A program made the position numbers and the translations under genes. 64,000 nt of DNA, from assembly GCA_050255815.1 (NCBI GenBank), contig JBLMVJ010000014.1, positions 36,728 to 100,727 on the forward strand, written 5' to 3'. The notes below the pieces were generated by a model. The model did no database searches. It worked only from the letters and a program-made list of their open reading frames with translations, and was not told where the DNA came from. Below are positions 8,203 to 18,107 of this stretch, in pieces. How positions within the stretch are numbered: position 1 is the stretch's first letter; the number at the start of each line of letters is the position of its first letter. Source of the stretch: Candidatus Levyibacteriota bacterium. Its GTDB lineage: Bacteria; Patescibacteriota; Microgenomatia; Levybacterales; GWA1-39-11.

Positions 8203-10842
8203 ATGGCAAATTACCTGGAGGTGGAAGAGGAAAAGAATCAATCCTCCCTTCTGTTTGTAGACCTCAACTCCGGTTTGGAAAATATCCTTTTAGACCTTTT
8301 GTATGAGAAGCTTAAGGACAAAACAGACTGTTATGCTTTGACCAGGAAGAAAATCCCTGAAGGCCTATCACGTCTTTCGGCTTTGAGTATCCACCTGCTG
8401 GATCAGTTAACACAAAACCCTTCCTACGCGGTAATTTTCCTGGATGAGGAGAAGCAGAAAAAGAAAACGTATGAAGTTATAGAAAAACTTTCCAATGGCA
8501 AGACCCACATAGTAGTCCTGGTGCCTTACCGGATTTTTGAAGGATTTTCTGACCTGATTCTGTCCTGTAAAGATAAGCCTAATGTTTCATTTGCTTTGGT
8601 TGGTGATTTGTTTGGTATTCACATGCTTCACGCTCCGTTGTCAAAGATTATCCAGCGGGCACTTTTAAAAAAGGAAATATACCTTTCCGGTAATGATCTT
8701 ACTCCTATCTTTCCCATTTCTGAAGAAGATGTAATTTCCGGCATCCAGCATATCCTGTTTGCGCTTAAGGGTCGCGTTTTTGTAACCACCCTTTTTTATG
8801 ACCATCCGCAAACCATAGTTTCCCTTTCCCACATGATAAAACGGCTTGAGCCGGAGCTTTCAATATATTTTGACGAGAAAAAGGCAGTGTTTTTGGAAGG
8901 GGAGACGGTAGACCAAAAAAATAAATTTTTAAAACAAAAAATAGGGGTAGTCGCCCAAGCTCCTTCCGTTTCTTTTGCAGGCTTTGAAGCAAGCTGTGTA
9001 CCATTACAAAACCCCAAACTGCCGGTATATACCCCTTCAAAAAGAAGGTTAAAGAGGACGGGCAAGCTTATTTCATTTGCAGTAATACAGCGGTTAGTTG
9101 CCTACATGTCCGTAGGGTTCACCCTTTTTATTATTGCTTCCTGTATCGTTTTTGTTTTGAGTATTTTGCAGTTTAGGGATGGAGTGAAAAGTTTGACTGC
9201 AGGTAATATTACCGCTGCAAGGCAGTCCCTGCAAACCAGCAGCAGCTTATATTCCTCAGTGTCAGGCGTAGTAGAGTTTTCAGTTTATCTCTCAGAGTTT
9301 TTTGGCCAGAATGATGTGACCCGCGGCGTAAAAATGTACGCTACGTTTATGAATGAGCAAAAAGACATGCTGCCGGTGATAGAAAAAGCGCTCCAGGAAA
9401 ATCCTAACATGTCAAAAGAAGAGTTGCAGCAGGTACTTTCATCTTATATGAATGTATTTTTTATGACTGAAGAGTTTAATAATGAGGGCAACAGCAGGCT
9501 CAGAGCCTTTGAACATTTAGAAGTTCCTTCCCGATTTTTTTCGGCGCTTTCTGTTGCGCCTCAGATATTAGGGTATGACGGGAAGAAATCATACATTATT
9601 CTTTTACAGAATAATAATGAACTGCGTCCTACCGGGGGGTTTATTGGGTCGGTAGCGTACGTAGAGGTGGAAAACGGAAAACTTTCAACCGTAAACATAC
9701 AGGACGTATACGACCTGGATGGACAACTGCGGGGACATATAGAGCCTCCTTTTATAGTCCGCAGGTTTTTGCAGCCCCATTTGTATCTGCGGGACAGTAA
9801 TTTTTCCCTTAATTTCCAGGATGCGGCAAGCAGCTCTGCGCTTCTCTACAACCTGGAAACGGGCAAAAATATAGATGGCGTGCTAGCAATAGATACGCAG
9901 GTATTAAAGACGTTGGTAGACATAGAAGGGCCTATAACCGTGCCCGGATTAAAAAATGAACTTACCAGCAATAATATAGTGGATGTAGTCCAAAATTCTA
10001 TCCAGGCGGACTTTTTCCCCGGATCAACGGAAAAAAAGAGGATTCTTTCTACTATCTTTAACCAGCTGTTGTTTGACATCCAAAGCGATAACCAAAAAAA
10101 AGTAGCTTTTATGAAAAGCCTTCCCCGGCTTCTTTCAGAAAAACATATTCTTCTTTCTTTCGCAAAACCATCCCTGGAAAAAGCGGTGATAGCCTCTTCT
10201 TTTGCCGGGAGCTTAGAAGACCTGCGGGTGGAAAAAAATACATACCCTGACTACCTAAGCATTAATGAGGCGAACATTGGGGTAAATAAAGTAAACCAGT
10301 TTGTAGACCGGAAGGTAGAATATGCAGGGCTTCTCAAGGGGAATTCATTAGACTCTGACGTTTTGGTTACATTGCACAATGTAGGAAGTGAGAATTATAA
10401 AACATATATGCGTGCAGTTGTGCCGGAGGGCGCAAAGCTTTTAAAGATATTCTTTGACGGGCAGGAGCAAAAGATTACCCCTTTTATTACAGACCCTGCC
10501 GTATATGAGAGAAAAGGATTTAAAGCGCCTGTTGGATTAGAAGTCAGCCAGGAAGTAAAAAACGGCCATAAGGAAATAGGGTTTGTTACCACTGTTGCAA
10601 AGACCTCTTCTCTATCTGTGCGCATTTTATATGAAACTGACTATAACTTTTTAGACAAGGATGTGCTCTTCTACTCTTTTAATTTCCTTAAGCAGCCGGG
10701 TACCGGTGCGTACCCGATTAGCGTAACACTCCAGACAGATGGGAATTATATCCTTGAAAAAGAGGACAACTCTCCCGTATTATTTGAAGGTGCTATAGAT
10801 ACGGATAAAGAGGTGAAAGTAAAAATAGTACGCTCAAAATAA
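8203..10842 (+). CDS. Large membrane-anchored protein (879 aa), DUF4012-like.
   Basis: Single internal TM (FAVIQRLVAYMSVGFTLFIIASCIVFVLSIL), then a long extracytoplasmic region containing the motif NNELRPTGGFIGSVAYVEV that I associate with DUF4012. This is from memory and needs an HMM check. Confidence 0.5.
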   Translation: MANYLEVEEEKNQSSLLFVDLNSGLENILLDLLYEKLKDKTDCYALTRKKIPEGLSRLSALSIHLLDQLTQNPSYAVIFLDEEKQKKKTYEVIEKLSNGKTHIVVLVPYRIFEGFSDLILSCKDKPNVSFALVGDLFGIHMLHAPLSKIIQRALLKKEIYLSGNDLTPIFPISEEDVISGIQHILFALKGRVFVTTLFYDHPQTIVSLSHMIKRLEPELSIYFDEKKAVFLEGETVDQKNKFLKQKIGVVAQAPSVSFAGFEASCVPLQNPKLPVYTPSKRRLKRTGKLISFAVIQRLVAYMSVGFTLFIIASCIVFVLSILQFRDGVKSLTAGNITAARQSLQTSSSLYSSVSGVVEFSVYLSEFFGQNDVTRGVKMYATFMNEQKDMLPVIEKALQENPNMSKEELQQVLSSYMNVFFMTEEFNNEGNSRLRAFEHLEVPSRFFSALSVAPQILGYDGKKSYIILLQNNNELRPTGGFIGSVAYVEVENGKLSTVNIQDVYDLDGQLRGHIEPPFIVRRFLQPHLYLRDSNFSLNFQDAASSSALLYNLETGKNIDGVLAIDTQVLKTLVDIEGPITVPGLKNELTSNNIVDVVQNSIQADFFPGSTEKKRILSTIFNQLLFDIQSDNQKKVAFMKSLPRLLSEKHILLSFAKPSLEKAVIASSFAGSLEDLRVEKNTYPDYLSINEANIGVNKVNQFVDRKVEYAGLLKGNSLDSDVLVTLHNVGSENYKTYMRAVVPEGAKLLKIFFDGQEQKITPFITDPAVYERKGFKAPVGLEVSQEVKNGHKEIGFVTTVAKTSSLSVRILYETDYNFLDKDVLFYSFNFLKQPGTGAYPISVTLQTDGNYILEKEDNSPVLFEGAIDTDKEVKVKIVRSK

Positions 10843-12638
10843 TGACTACCACCATTAAGAGGTTTACCTTTGTTTTTCTAATACCCGGAATCATCCTGCT
10901 AGGACTTCTTATAGGAGTTGCTTTAACTCTTTTGAAGCTATCACTTTTTGCTGCAATTTTATTAATAGCTATTACTATTTTAGGAAGCTATACCATGTTT
11001 TTAGAAAGCGCACGGGCGCTATTCAAAAAACAGTTTGCCCTGGATTATATAGCTATGCTTGCCGTTATAGTTTCTCTGATCTCCCAGGAGTATGTAGTTG
11101 CCGGTTTAATTGCCCTTATGATTTCAAGCGGAAAAACACTGGAAGACTATGGTGTTTCCCAGGCAAAACAAAACCTTACAAAACTAATTGACCGCATCCC
11201 TAACACGGTTACCCTTTTTGAAAAAGAAGTACCCGGCGGGCAGATAGAGATTGAAAAACTAAAACCGGGAATGCAGATATTTATTAGGCGGGGGGAAGTG
11301 ATACCGGTGGACGGCATCCTACTCTCAGATGTCACCCAGACGGATGAATCTTCCCTTACCGGAGAGCCCTATTTATTAGATAAGGAGAAAGGGGATGTGA
11401 TGAGAAGCGGAACTATAAATTTGGGGGATGCTATTGTAATTTTAGTTGAAAAAACCACAGAAAACTCTACCTACAATAAGATTATTGAGCTGGTAAAATC
11501 TGCCCAGAATGAAAAAGCACCACTGGTGCGCCTGGCAGACAGGTATAGTACCTTTTTTACTATTATCACGGCGGCAATCTCCATTTTTGCCTACTGGTAT
11601 ACGCATTCTTTGTATGGAGTATTGGCTGTTTTAGTGGTGGCTACTCCTTGTCCGTTGATTCTTGCAACACCTATTGCACTTTTGGGCGGGATAAATGCAT
11701 CTGCAAAAAAACGGGTCATTATGAAAAGCCTGGCAAGCCTGGAGGTTTTGTCCCGGGTTACTACATTCATTTTTGATAAGACCGGGACTATTACACTGGG
11801 AAGGCCGGTTGTTTCAAAAATTGCTTTGCAGGAGAAAGGTATAGATGAAAAAGAAGTGTTGTCTATAGCTGCTGCTATAGAGCGTAATTCACTGCACCCG
11901 CTGGCAAAAGCAATTGTATCCTACGCAAAAGAAAATAAGGCACCCGGTAAAACGGCACGGGAAATAAAAGAAACAATAGGAAAAGGCATAGAAGGGGAAA
12001 TTGGAAAAGACCATTATGCCCTGATGAAAGAAGCGGAGACAGAAGGAATGGTTATAGCAGTGCTACACGGAAAGAAAAAGATAGCAGAAATTCATTTTGA
12101 TGAAGAGATTAAGGAAGACTCCGTACGTGTAGTAGAACGCCTGAAGAGGATTGGGTTAGAGCTGCAGATTTTTACCGGTGACAAGCTCAGTTCTGCCCAA
12201 AAAGTGGTAAATAAGTTAGGGCATGATATTGTAGTAAAGGCAGAGTGTAGTCCTGAAGATAAACTGTCAGGAATTAAAGACTTAAGATCCCACGGGAAAG
12301 TAGTTGCCATGGTAGGGGATGGCATTAATGATGCGCCGGCGCTTGCGCTAGCAGACGTAGGTATAGTATTTAGTAATGAAGAGCAAACTGCGGCATCAGA
12401 AGCGGCGGATGTAATCTTCCTGGGGTCTGATTTCTCTTTAGTGTATGAGAGTCTAATTATTTCTAAAAAAACAATCCGCATAGCATTGCAGAGTATTATT
12501 GCGGGAATTGGAATGAGTATCCTCTGTATGATTCTGGCATCTGTTAATTTAATCCCGCCGGTTTTAGGAGCATTTTTGCAGGAAGCCATAGACGTAGCCG
12601 TTATTATTAACGCCCTGAGGACTTCCCGTGTAGCCTAG
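10842..12638 (+). CDS. P-type ATPase, minimal 598-aa form. P1B-like (heavy-metal type) with no N-terminal metal-binding domain.
   Basis: DKTGTIT phosphorylation motif, GDGINDAPALA hinge motif and a TPCP motif in the TM helix (VVATPCPLILATP). TAATG overlap with the upstream gene. Confidence 0.8.
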   Translation: MTTTIKRFTFVFLIPGIILLGLLIGVALTLLKLSLFAAILLIAITILGSYTMFLESARALFKKQFALDYIAMLAVIVSLISQEYVVAGLIALMISSGKTLEDYGVSQAKQNLTKLIDRIPNTVTLFEKEVPGGQIEIEKLKPGMQIFIRRGEVIPVDGILLSDVTQTDESSLTGEPYLLDKEKGDVMRSGTINLGDAIVILVEKTTENSTYNKIIELVKSAQNEKAPLVRLADRYSTFFTIITAAISIFAYWYTHSLYGVLAVLVVATPCPLILATPIALLGGINASAKKRVIMKSLASLEVLSRVTTFIFDKTGTITLGRPVVSKIALQEKGIDEKEVLSIAAAIERNSLHPLAKAIVSYAKENKAPGKTAREIKETIGKGIEGEIGKDHYALMKEAETEGMVIAVLHGKKKIAEIHFDEEIKEDSVRVVERLKRIGLELQIFTGDKLSSAQKVVNKLGHDIVVKAECSPEDKLSGIKDLRSHGKVVAMVGDGINDAPALALADVGIVFSNEEQTAASEAADVIFLGSDFSLVYESLIISKKTIRIALQSIIAGIGMSILCMILASVNLIPPVLGAFLQEAIDVAVIINALRTSRVA

Positions 12639-12712
12639 TCTGTACAAACCCCATATAAAGCTCGGTCCGTTCCATGCCTCGCAAGAGCGCTTATACGGTG
12701 CAGGCATTTTTC

Positions 12713-13717
12713 CTAATCTGTGAATTCTTGGATGAACATTTTGCCGTAAGGGCCGGCGTCTATGACGCCTATGCCTACCAGATGAAACTGCGGGTCCAAT
12801 ATATTCTTCCGGTGTCCCTCACTTTTCATGAGTCCTGCAAAAGCCAGGTCAACATCAGGGGCAAACGCCAGGTTTTCCCCTGCTGCAGTATAGGGAATTC
12901 CCGTTTGGGAGAGGCGGTCAAATGGGGAAAGCCCCTCCGGCGTGAAGTGGGAAAAATAACCCTCCGCCAGCATCTTTATGCCGTACGCCCGGGCCAGCTT
13001 AAGAAGTGCCGCATTAGGAACTAAAGGCCCTACTCCCTGCTTTTGTCTTGCTGCATTTACTAATGCCAGCATTTTATTTTCTGAATCCTGGTCTACGGTG
13101 ACATTTCCAGTCTGGAAATTTAGCGGAACGGAGGTATTGGTTTCCTGGGGAACGGTTAAAAAATTAATAGTTTCATTAATAGTTGCGCCAAATACCTGCT
13201 TTACTGAAGATTCAATTATTTGCGTTCTGGTATATAAAATTTTTCCAAAGACAGAGGACCTCATTTCTGATTTAAAAAATGCAGAAATTGGAAAGGATAA
13301 AAAGATAGAGACTACAAAGGCAGATATAAAGAAAAATGAAAGAGCTCCTGCCACTACTGCAACTATCTTAGACCCAGCGTTATTGGCAGGAAGTTTTGCG
13401 CTGTTAATAATAATTGAAGACAGTTTATTAAACAAAAAATAATAGGGGATGGAAAGGGCAAAAAATGCGGTTGCATCAGAGAAGCCTTTTGAAGCGTGGA
13501 ACATCTGGGCCAACAGATCTGAAAGGAACGTGTATGTGGTAAGGCCCAGGAAAAAAGAAACAATCAGGGAAAGTAAATTTGAGACTGCCTGTTTCCCCCC
13601 TCCTATGTATTCTTCAAATAAATAAGCAATCAGGCATAAACATATAACGGCATCAAATATGTTGAAGGGGAGTTTTCCCAGGAGTATGAAAAGCGTCTGG
13701 ATTTCAGGGACTTGCAT
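12713..13717 (-). CDS. Fusion protein with an N-terminal CvpA-family membrane domain and a C-terminal CAP/SCP/PR-1-like domain.
   Basis: The N-terminal polytopic region resembles CvpA (colicin V production protein). The C-terminus carries CAP-domain signatures (YFSHFTPEGLSPFDRL..., AGENLAF, GHRKNILDPQFHLVGIGV). Confidence 0.6.
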   Translation of the reverse strand: MQVPEIQTLFILLGKLPFNIFDAVICLCLIAYLFEEYIGGGKQAVSNLLSLIVSFFLGLTTYTFLSDLLAQMFHASKGFSDATAFFALSIPYYFLFNKLSSIIINSAKLPANNAGSKIVAVVAGALSFFFISAFVVSIFLSFPISAFFKSEMRSSVFGKILYTRTQIIESSVKQVFGATINETINFLTVPQETNTSVPLNFQTGNVTVDQDSENKMLALVNAARQKQGVGPLVPNAALLKLARAYGIKMLAEGYFSHFTPEGLSPFDRLSQTGIPYTAAGENLAFAPDVDLAFAGLMKSEGHRKNILDPQFHLVGIGVIDAGPYGKMFIQEFTD

Positions 13718-13851
13718 AAGCTGGTTTGACCACAGCGCTTAAAAAACATATAATTGGACTACTCTACGTTTTTAGAATGCGCTGGTCCTATACTCACATT
13801 ATACAGAAGTTAAAAGATAAAACAAAAAAGATTCCTAAAAGGCGCTTCCAT

Positions 13852-15990
13852 ATGAATTTTAGCCATATAAAGGTTAGGCACGTTGTAACATTTCTCCTAT
13901 TAATATCCTTTGTGGTAGGAATCGGCTTTTTATACTGGTTTGTGCTGCGGGATATTCCTACTACGGCAACTATAGGCAGGCAGGATTTCCCCCAGTCTTC
14001 TAAGATTTACGACCGGCATGGTACGCTTCTGTACAGCATCTATACTTCCAGAAACCAAACCTTTGTACCGCTTACTAAAATCCCAAAAAACATGCAAAAT
14101 GCAACGGTAGCCATTGAAGATAAGGACTTCTATAAACACGGGGCTATAGACATACGGGGGATAATGCGGGCTGCATACTCTACCCTGGTTAAAAAACAAA
14201 CCCAAGGCGGTTCTACTATTACCCAACAGCTGGTAAAGACTTCTTTGTTAACCCTGGACCAGACTATCCAGCGGAAAGTAAAGGAAATTATTTTGTCATA
14301 TGTGGTTGAGGCAACCCATTCAAAAAGTTCAATACTGGAAATGTACCTTAACCAGGTGCCGTATGGCGGGACTGCGTATGGAGTTCAAGCTGCAAGTTAC
14401 GTATATTTTGATAAGCCCGTATGGCAGCTTTCCCTTCCTGAAGCAGCATTTCTGGCCGGCCTTCCGGAAGCACCTAGTCTCTACTCTCCTTTTGGTTCCC
14501 ACCCTGAATTAGGTATGGCACGCCAGCATGATGTCCTCCAGAAAATGTATGAGCAAAAATATATCAGCAAAAAACAGCTGAATGATGCGCTCAAGACAAA
14601 GCTCACTTTTTCCAAAATCCAGGATAAGATTCTAGCCCCCCACTTTGTTTTTTATGTGAAGGATTTGCTGGTAGGAAAATACGGGGAAAAGATGGTGGAA
14701 CAGGGAGGTTTGCAGGTGACTACAAGTTTAGATTTAGATATCCAGAATTATGCACAGGCAAGCGTTTCTGCAGAGATTGATGATTTAGAAAAGTATAATG
14801 TCACTAATGGTGCCGCCATGGTTACGGAGCCGGCAACCGGGGAGGTTCTTGCTATGGTAGGATCCCGGGATTATTTTGACAGCAAACATGACGGGAATGT
14901 AAATGTAGCGTTGGCACACCGGCAGCCCGGGTCTTCTATTAAACCCATTAACTATGCTACCGGCCTGGCAAAGGGTTATACCGCCGCTACCCCATTTGTA
15001 GATGAACCAACCTGTTTTGAAAATGGGAATCTGCCAAAATATTGCCCGGTAAACTATGACGGTAAATTCCATGGGGTCCAGCAAATGCGTTTTGCCCTGG
15101 GAAACTCTTTTAATATTCCGGCTGTCAAAATGCTAAAACTAAACGGTATTGATGCTATGATTGCAACCGCTTCTGCCATGGGCATTTCTACCTTTGGTGA
15201 CTCTTCACGTTATGGTCTTTCTTTGACTCTGGGCGGCGGTGAGGTTACCATGCTGGACATGACTGAAGCATTTGGCGTATTTGCAAACGGAGGATATAAG
15301 GTAAAGCTGCAACCCATACTCAAAGTAACGGATTCTTCAGGGAAGGTATTAGAACAGTACAATCCGCCCAGCAGTCCTATTTTTGGTGAGAAAGTCTTAC
15401 CGCCCGGCGTATCATTTATCATGTCCCATATGCTAATGGATAATAATGCCCGGTTGATAGAATTTGGCGGTGTTTCCCCACTGAAAATTAAAAACTACCC
15501 TATTTCAGTAAAGACCGGGACTACGAATGACTTCAGGGATAACTGGACCATAGGGTATACATCCCAATATGTAGTTGCTGTTTGGGTAGGGAACAATAAC
15601 AACACCGCTATGAACGGGATAGTTTCCGGTATTACCGGAGCCGCCCCTATCTGGCATGACATTATGGCACATATGGTTGAAAGCTCCCCGCCCCAGTGGC
15701 CTATCCAGCCGGACAATGTAGTGGGGAGGACTGTATGTGCTGACTCAGGCCTGATGCCTCCTGCTGACGGATGCCCTACCCGGTATGAATACTTTATTAA
15801 AGGGACAGAACCGCAAATAGACCCGGGAAAGCAGAAAGTATTTGTTGATAAAGATTCCCATGACCTGCCGCCAAAAGGAAAAACAGATAACCTGACGGAA
15901 GAAGACCACCGGATAGTAACAGACCCAACGGGTGACCGGTACTGTGTTGACTGTCCGCACCCTACTCCCAGCCCCACTCCTACTCCGTAG
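13852..15990 (+). CDS. Class A penicillin-binding protein (glycosyltransferase plus transpeptidase).
   Basis: GT51 motifs (EDKDFYKHGAID, GGSTITQQLVK). Transpeptidase motifs: SxxK (GSSIKP), SxN (SFN) and KTGT. Ends with the PT-rich tail PTPSPTPTP. The ORF extends upstream to a TTG at 13726, but the ATG at 13852 immediately precedes the signal-anchor helix and leaves room for the divergent CvpA-CAP promoter. Confidence 0.82.
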   Translation: MNFSHIKVRHVVTFLLLISFVVGIGFLYWFVLRDIPTTATIGRQDFPQSSKIYDRHGTLLYSIYTSRNQTFVPLTKIPKNMQNATVAIEDKDFYKHGAIDIRGIMRAAYSTLVKKQTQGGSTITQQLVKTSLLTLDQTIQRKVKEIILSYVVEATHSKSSILEMYLNQVPYGGTAYGVQAASYVYFDKPVWQLSLPEAAFLAGLPEAPSLYSPFGSHPELGMARQHDVLQKMYEQKYISKKQLNDALKTKLTFSKIQDKILAPHFVFYVKDLLVGKYGEKMVEQGGLQVTTSLDLDIQNYAQASVSAEIDDLEKYNVTNGAAMVTEPATGEVLAMVGSRDYFDSKHDGNVNVALAHRQPGSSIKPINYATGLAKGYTAATPFVDEPTCFENGNLPKYCPVNYDGKFHGVQQMRFALGNSFNIPAVKMLKLNGIDAMIATASAMGISTFGDSSRYGLSLTLGGGEVTMLDMTEAFGVFANGGYKVKLQPILKVTDSSGKVLEQYNPPSSPIFGEKVLPPGVSFIMSHMLMDNNARLIEFGGVSPLKIKNYPISVKTGTTNDFRDNWTIGYTSQYVVAVWVGNNNNTAMNGIVSGITGAAPIWHDIMAHMVESSPPQWPIQPDNVVGRTVCADSGLMPPADGCPTRYEYFIKGTEPQIDPGKQKVFVDKDSHDLPPKGKTDNLTEEDHRIVTDPTGDRYCVDCPHPTPSPTPTP

Positions 15991-16341
15991 TTTAGAAAGC
16001 CTACACTTAAAAAATTTACGAATACGTTGAATCTTGAGGGTAAGTTATCGAAATTTATTTGAAGTTTAACTGTGTTGAAACTATTCAGAACATAGGTTGT
16101 AACTACTTTTTCATCCGGTTTTTAAGATATATATAACTCGCTTTAAAACAATAGGAGAGGTATTTAATAATTCTCAATGAAATAGAACAACCTAAGCAAG
16201 CAGGGGTATTACAAAAACAAACCCCGGATCATGGCTTTGTTTCTTACCAAATACTTACCATATATTTAAGGCTAATGGTAAAGAATGCGTAGATAGTAAA
16301 GACACAAGACGTAAGATGTAGGATCTAAGAACGAGGAGTGA

Positions 16342-17658
16342 TTAAGGTCTAAAATTCTTGTTATAGGAAAGACCAAAAAGAAAAGAGGCCATTAGGAGTC
16401 CCTGTTGCGTGGTGAAAAAGAAATGGTCAAACATTCCCTGGACCAGGAAAGCTGTAAATAAAATAAAAACCATTTCATAAAATGAATACGTTCCCAGGTA
16501 TCCTTTTGTCTTATGGTAAAGAACCAGGATTGAATTTAAAGAAAAATACCAGAATACCAATAACCCCAGTATGCCGGCTTCAGATAGTATAAGTAGAAAA
16601 ATATTGTGAACGGGTTGCAAACGCGTAGGGGAGAAGTCTTTCTGCAAGACGCCTTCATAATAAAATGAATTGCTCAGTCCTACGCCAAACAAAGGCTGTC
16701 TGGAAAAAATCTGAAAACTGGTTAGGGTTAAATCTGTCCGGGGTTCAACCCCATTAAGAATTGATGACAAAGAAAAAAACCGAAATGAGAAACTCGCAAA
16801 GAATATTCCTAGGAGAATAACAGCTGAACAAAACACAATAATTCTTTTGATGTGTTTCCTTTGGGAAAAAATGGGGAATAGTAAAAAAGAGTAGAGGAGG
16901 AATAAAATATTTATTGCCAGCATAACGCGGGAGAACGTCAAAAATAAACATACTTCAATAACTGAAAAAAAGAAGAGCGCCGTATACTTTCCGGCTATAT
17001 TTTTTTCATGATGGGAAACAAAAGAAGAAAAGACAGCACCCATAAACAGAAAGAAAGCAAGAATATTTGGGTGGGGAAACGTGGCATACGGTCTGACCAG
17101 CAAACCGCGGGTTGTGTTAATGACTGCTTCACCTAAGGTTGATGGCGTAAAAAACCTCTCGCCAAAAAAATAGAAGATCCCATTTAAAGATCCTTGTTTT
17201 ATAAATTCGCCAATCCCCAGGAGTGCTTCTAAAAAAGCAGCAAGAGATAAAATCCAGAGAGCAGTAAACAGATGTTTTTTGTCTAATGCAACAGCAGCAA
17301 ACAGGCCCAGGTACATTACCTCAAAAAGCTTAAATAGTTTATACAGGAGAGAGAGCGGTTCAAAAGTATAAAAGAGCGGGAATAAAACAATTAACACTAA
17401 AAAAAGAAAAAGTTTCCGGGAAAAAAAAGATTTTATTAAAGAGTTTGAAAATATATTTTTAAAAGACAAAAGAAAAAGGAGGAAGATTAAAACGTCACTT
17501 ATATAAATAGCAGGGGAGAGGTAGTCTACTCTGATACCATGGACTAAGGAAAAGGATGGCCAAAAATGCGGGCCAAACTGCTGGGGAAGGAAAAATAAAA
17601 TAAGAAAGAAAAGGATTATTTGGGGATTAAACTTTGTAGGAATGCTTTTTAAGCTCAC
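16342..17658 (-). CDS. Polytopic membrane protein, O-antigen ligase/polymerase-like (Wzy_C-like).
   Basis: 438 aa with more than 10 hydrophobic helices and a central larger loop, the architecture typical of the O-antigen ligase family. No strict motif verified. Confidence 0.4.
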   Translation of the reverse strand: MSLKSIPTKFNPQIILFFLILFFLPQQFGPHFWPSFSLVHGIRVDYLSPAIYISDVLIFLLFLLSFKNIFSNSLIKSFFSRKLFLFLVLIVLFPLFYTFEPLSLLYKLFKLFEVMYLGLFAAVALDKKHLFTALWILSLAAFLEALLGIGEFIKQGSLNGIFYFFGERFFTPSTLGEAVINTTRGLLVRPYATFPHPNILAFFLFMGAVFSSFVSHHEKNIAGKYTALFFFSVIEVCLFLTFSRVMLAINILFLLYSFLLFPIFSQRKHIKRIIVFCSAVILLGIFFASFSFRFFSLSSILNGVEPRTDLTLTSFQIFSRQPLFGVGLSNSFYYEGVLQKDFSPTRLQPVHNIFLLILSEAGILGLLVFWYFSLNSILVLYHKTKGYLGTYSFYEMVFILFTAFLVQGMFDHFFFTTQQGLLMASFLFGLSYNKNFRP

Positions 17659-18107
17659 TTCTTTTTAATGACCAGAACGCGGTCCCGGTCTTCACCCATT
17701 GATTCAGTGGTGACATCAGCATCTTCAGCAAGTGCCATATGGATCAGTCTGCGTTCCCAAGGTTTTAAGCCTCTGACGGTTTTTTCAACACCGGTAGAAA
17801 CTACTTCATCCCTGAGTCTTCCCGCCAGATCAGAAAGGTATGCTTCCCGCTCTTCACGGTAGCCGCCAATTTCAATTAACAGCCTTTTTCCTTCCGGAAG
17901 GTCTTTAGAGACTAAAATGTACAGGACGTATTCTAGAGAGGAAAGAGTATTGCCATGTTTTCCTATCAGAAGGGCATTATTATCCCCTGCATCTATAGAA
18001 ACAGTGAAGGCTTCATCCCCTTCAGTTACTTCAATTTTTGCATCAACCTCTAAAAGCTCAAAAAGTTTCTCAATTTTTTTCTGTACTTCTTCCATATTAT
18101 CTTGCAT
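17655..18107 (-). CDS. jag: Jag/KhpB-like RNA-binding protein (KH plus R3H).
   Basis: R3H-like C-terminus (KPWERRLIHMALAED) and conserved position after yidC in the rnpA-yidC-jag cluster. Confidence 0.72.
   Translation of the reverse strand: MQDNMEEVQKKIEKLFELLEVDAKIEVTEGDEAFTVSIDAGDNNALLIGKHGNTLSSLEYVLYILVSKDLPEGKRLLIEIGGYREEREAYLSDLAGRLRDEVVSTGVEKTVRGLKPWERRLIHMALAEDADVTTESMGEDRDRVLVIKKK

Noticed and set aside
12674-13442. Plus-strand ORFs 12674..13024 and 12978..13442.
   Set aside because: They lie entirely within the CvpA-CAP gene on the other strand and are shadow ORFs.
16000-16340. A 340-nt AT-rich non-coding gap after PBP1A. I checked it for an ncRNA such as RNase P RNA, tmRNA or SRP RNA, and for a terminator.
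   Set aside because: I could find no conserved ncRNA motif (no GGAAAGUCCGG or tmRNA tag region) by eye, and only a weak A/T-rich hairpin. It is probably a promoter or terminator spacer between convergent genes.
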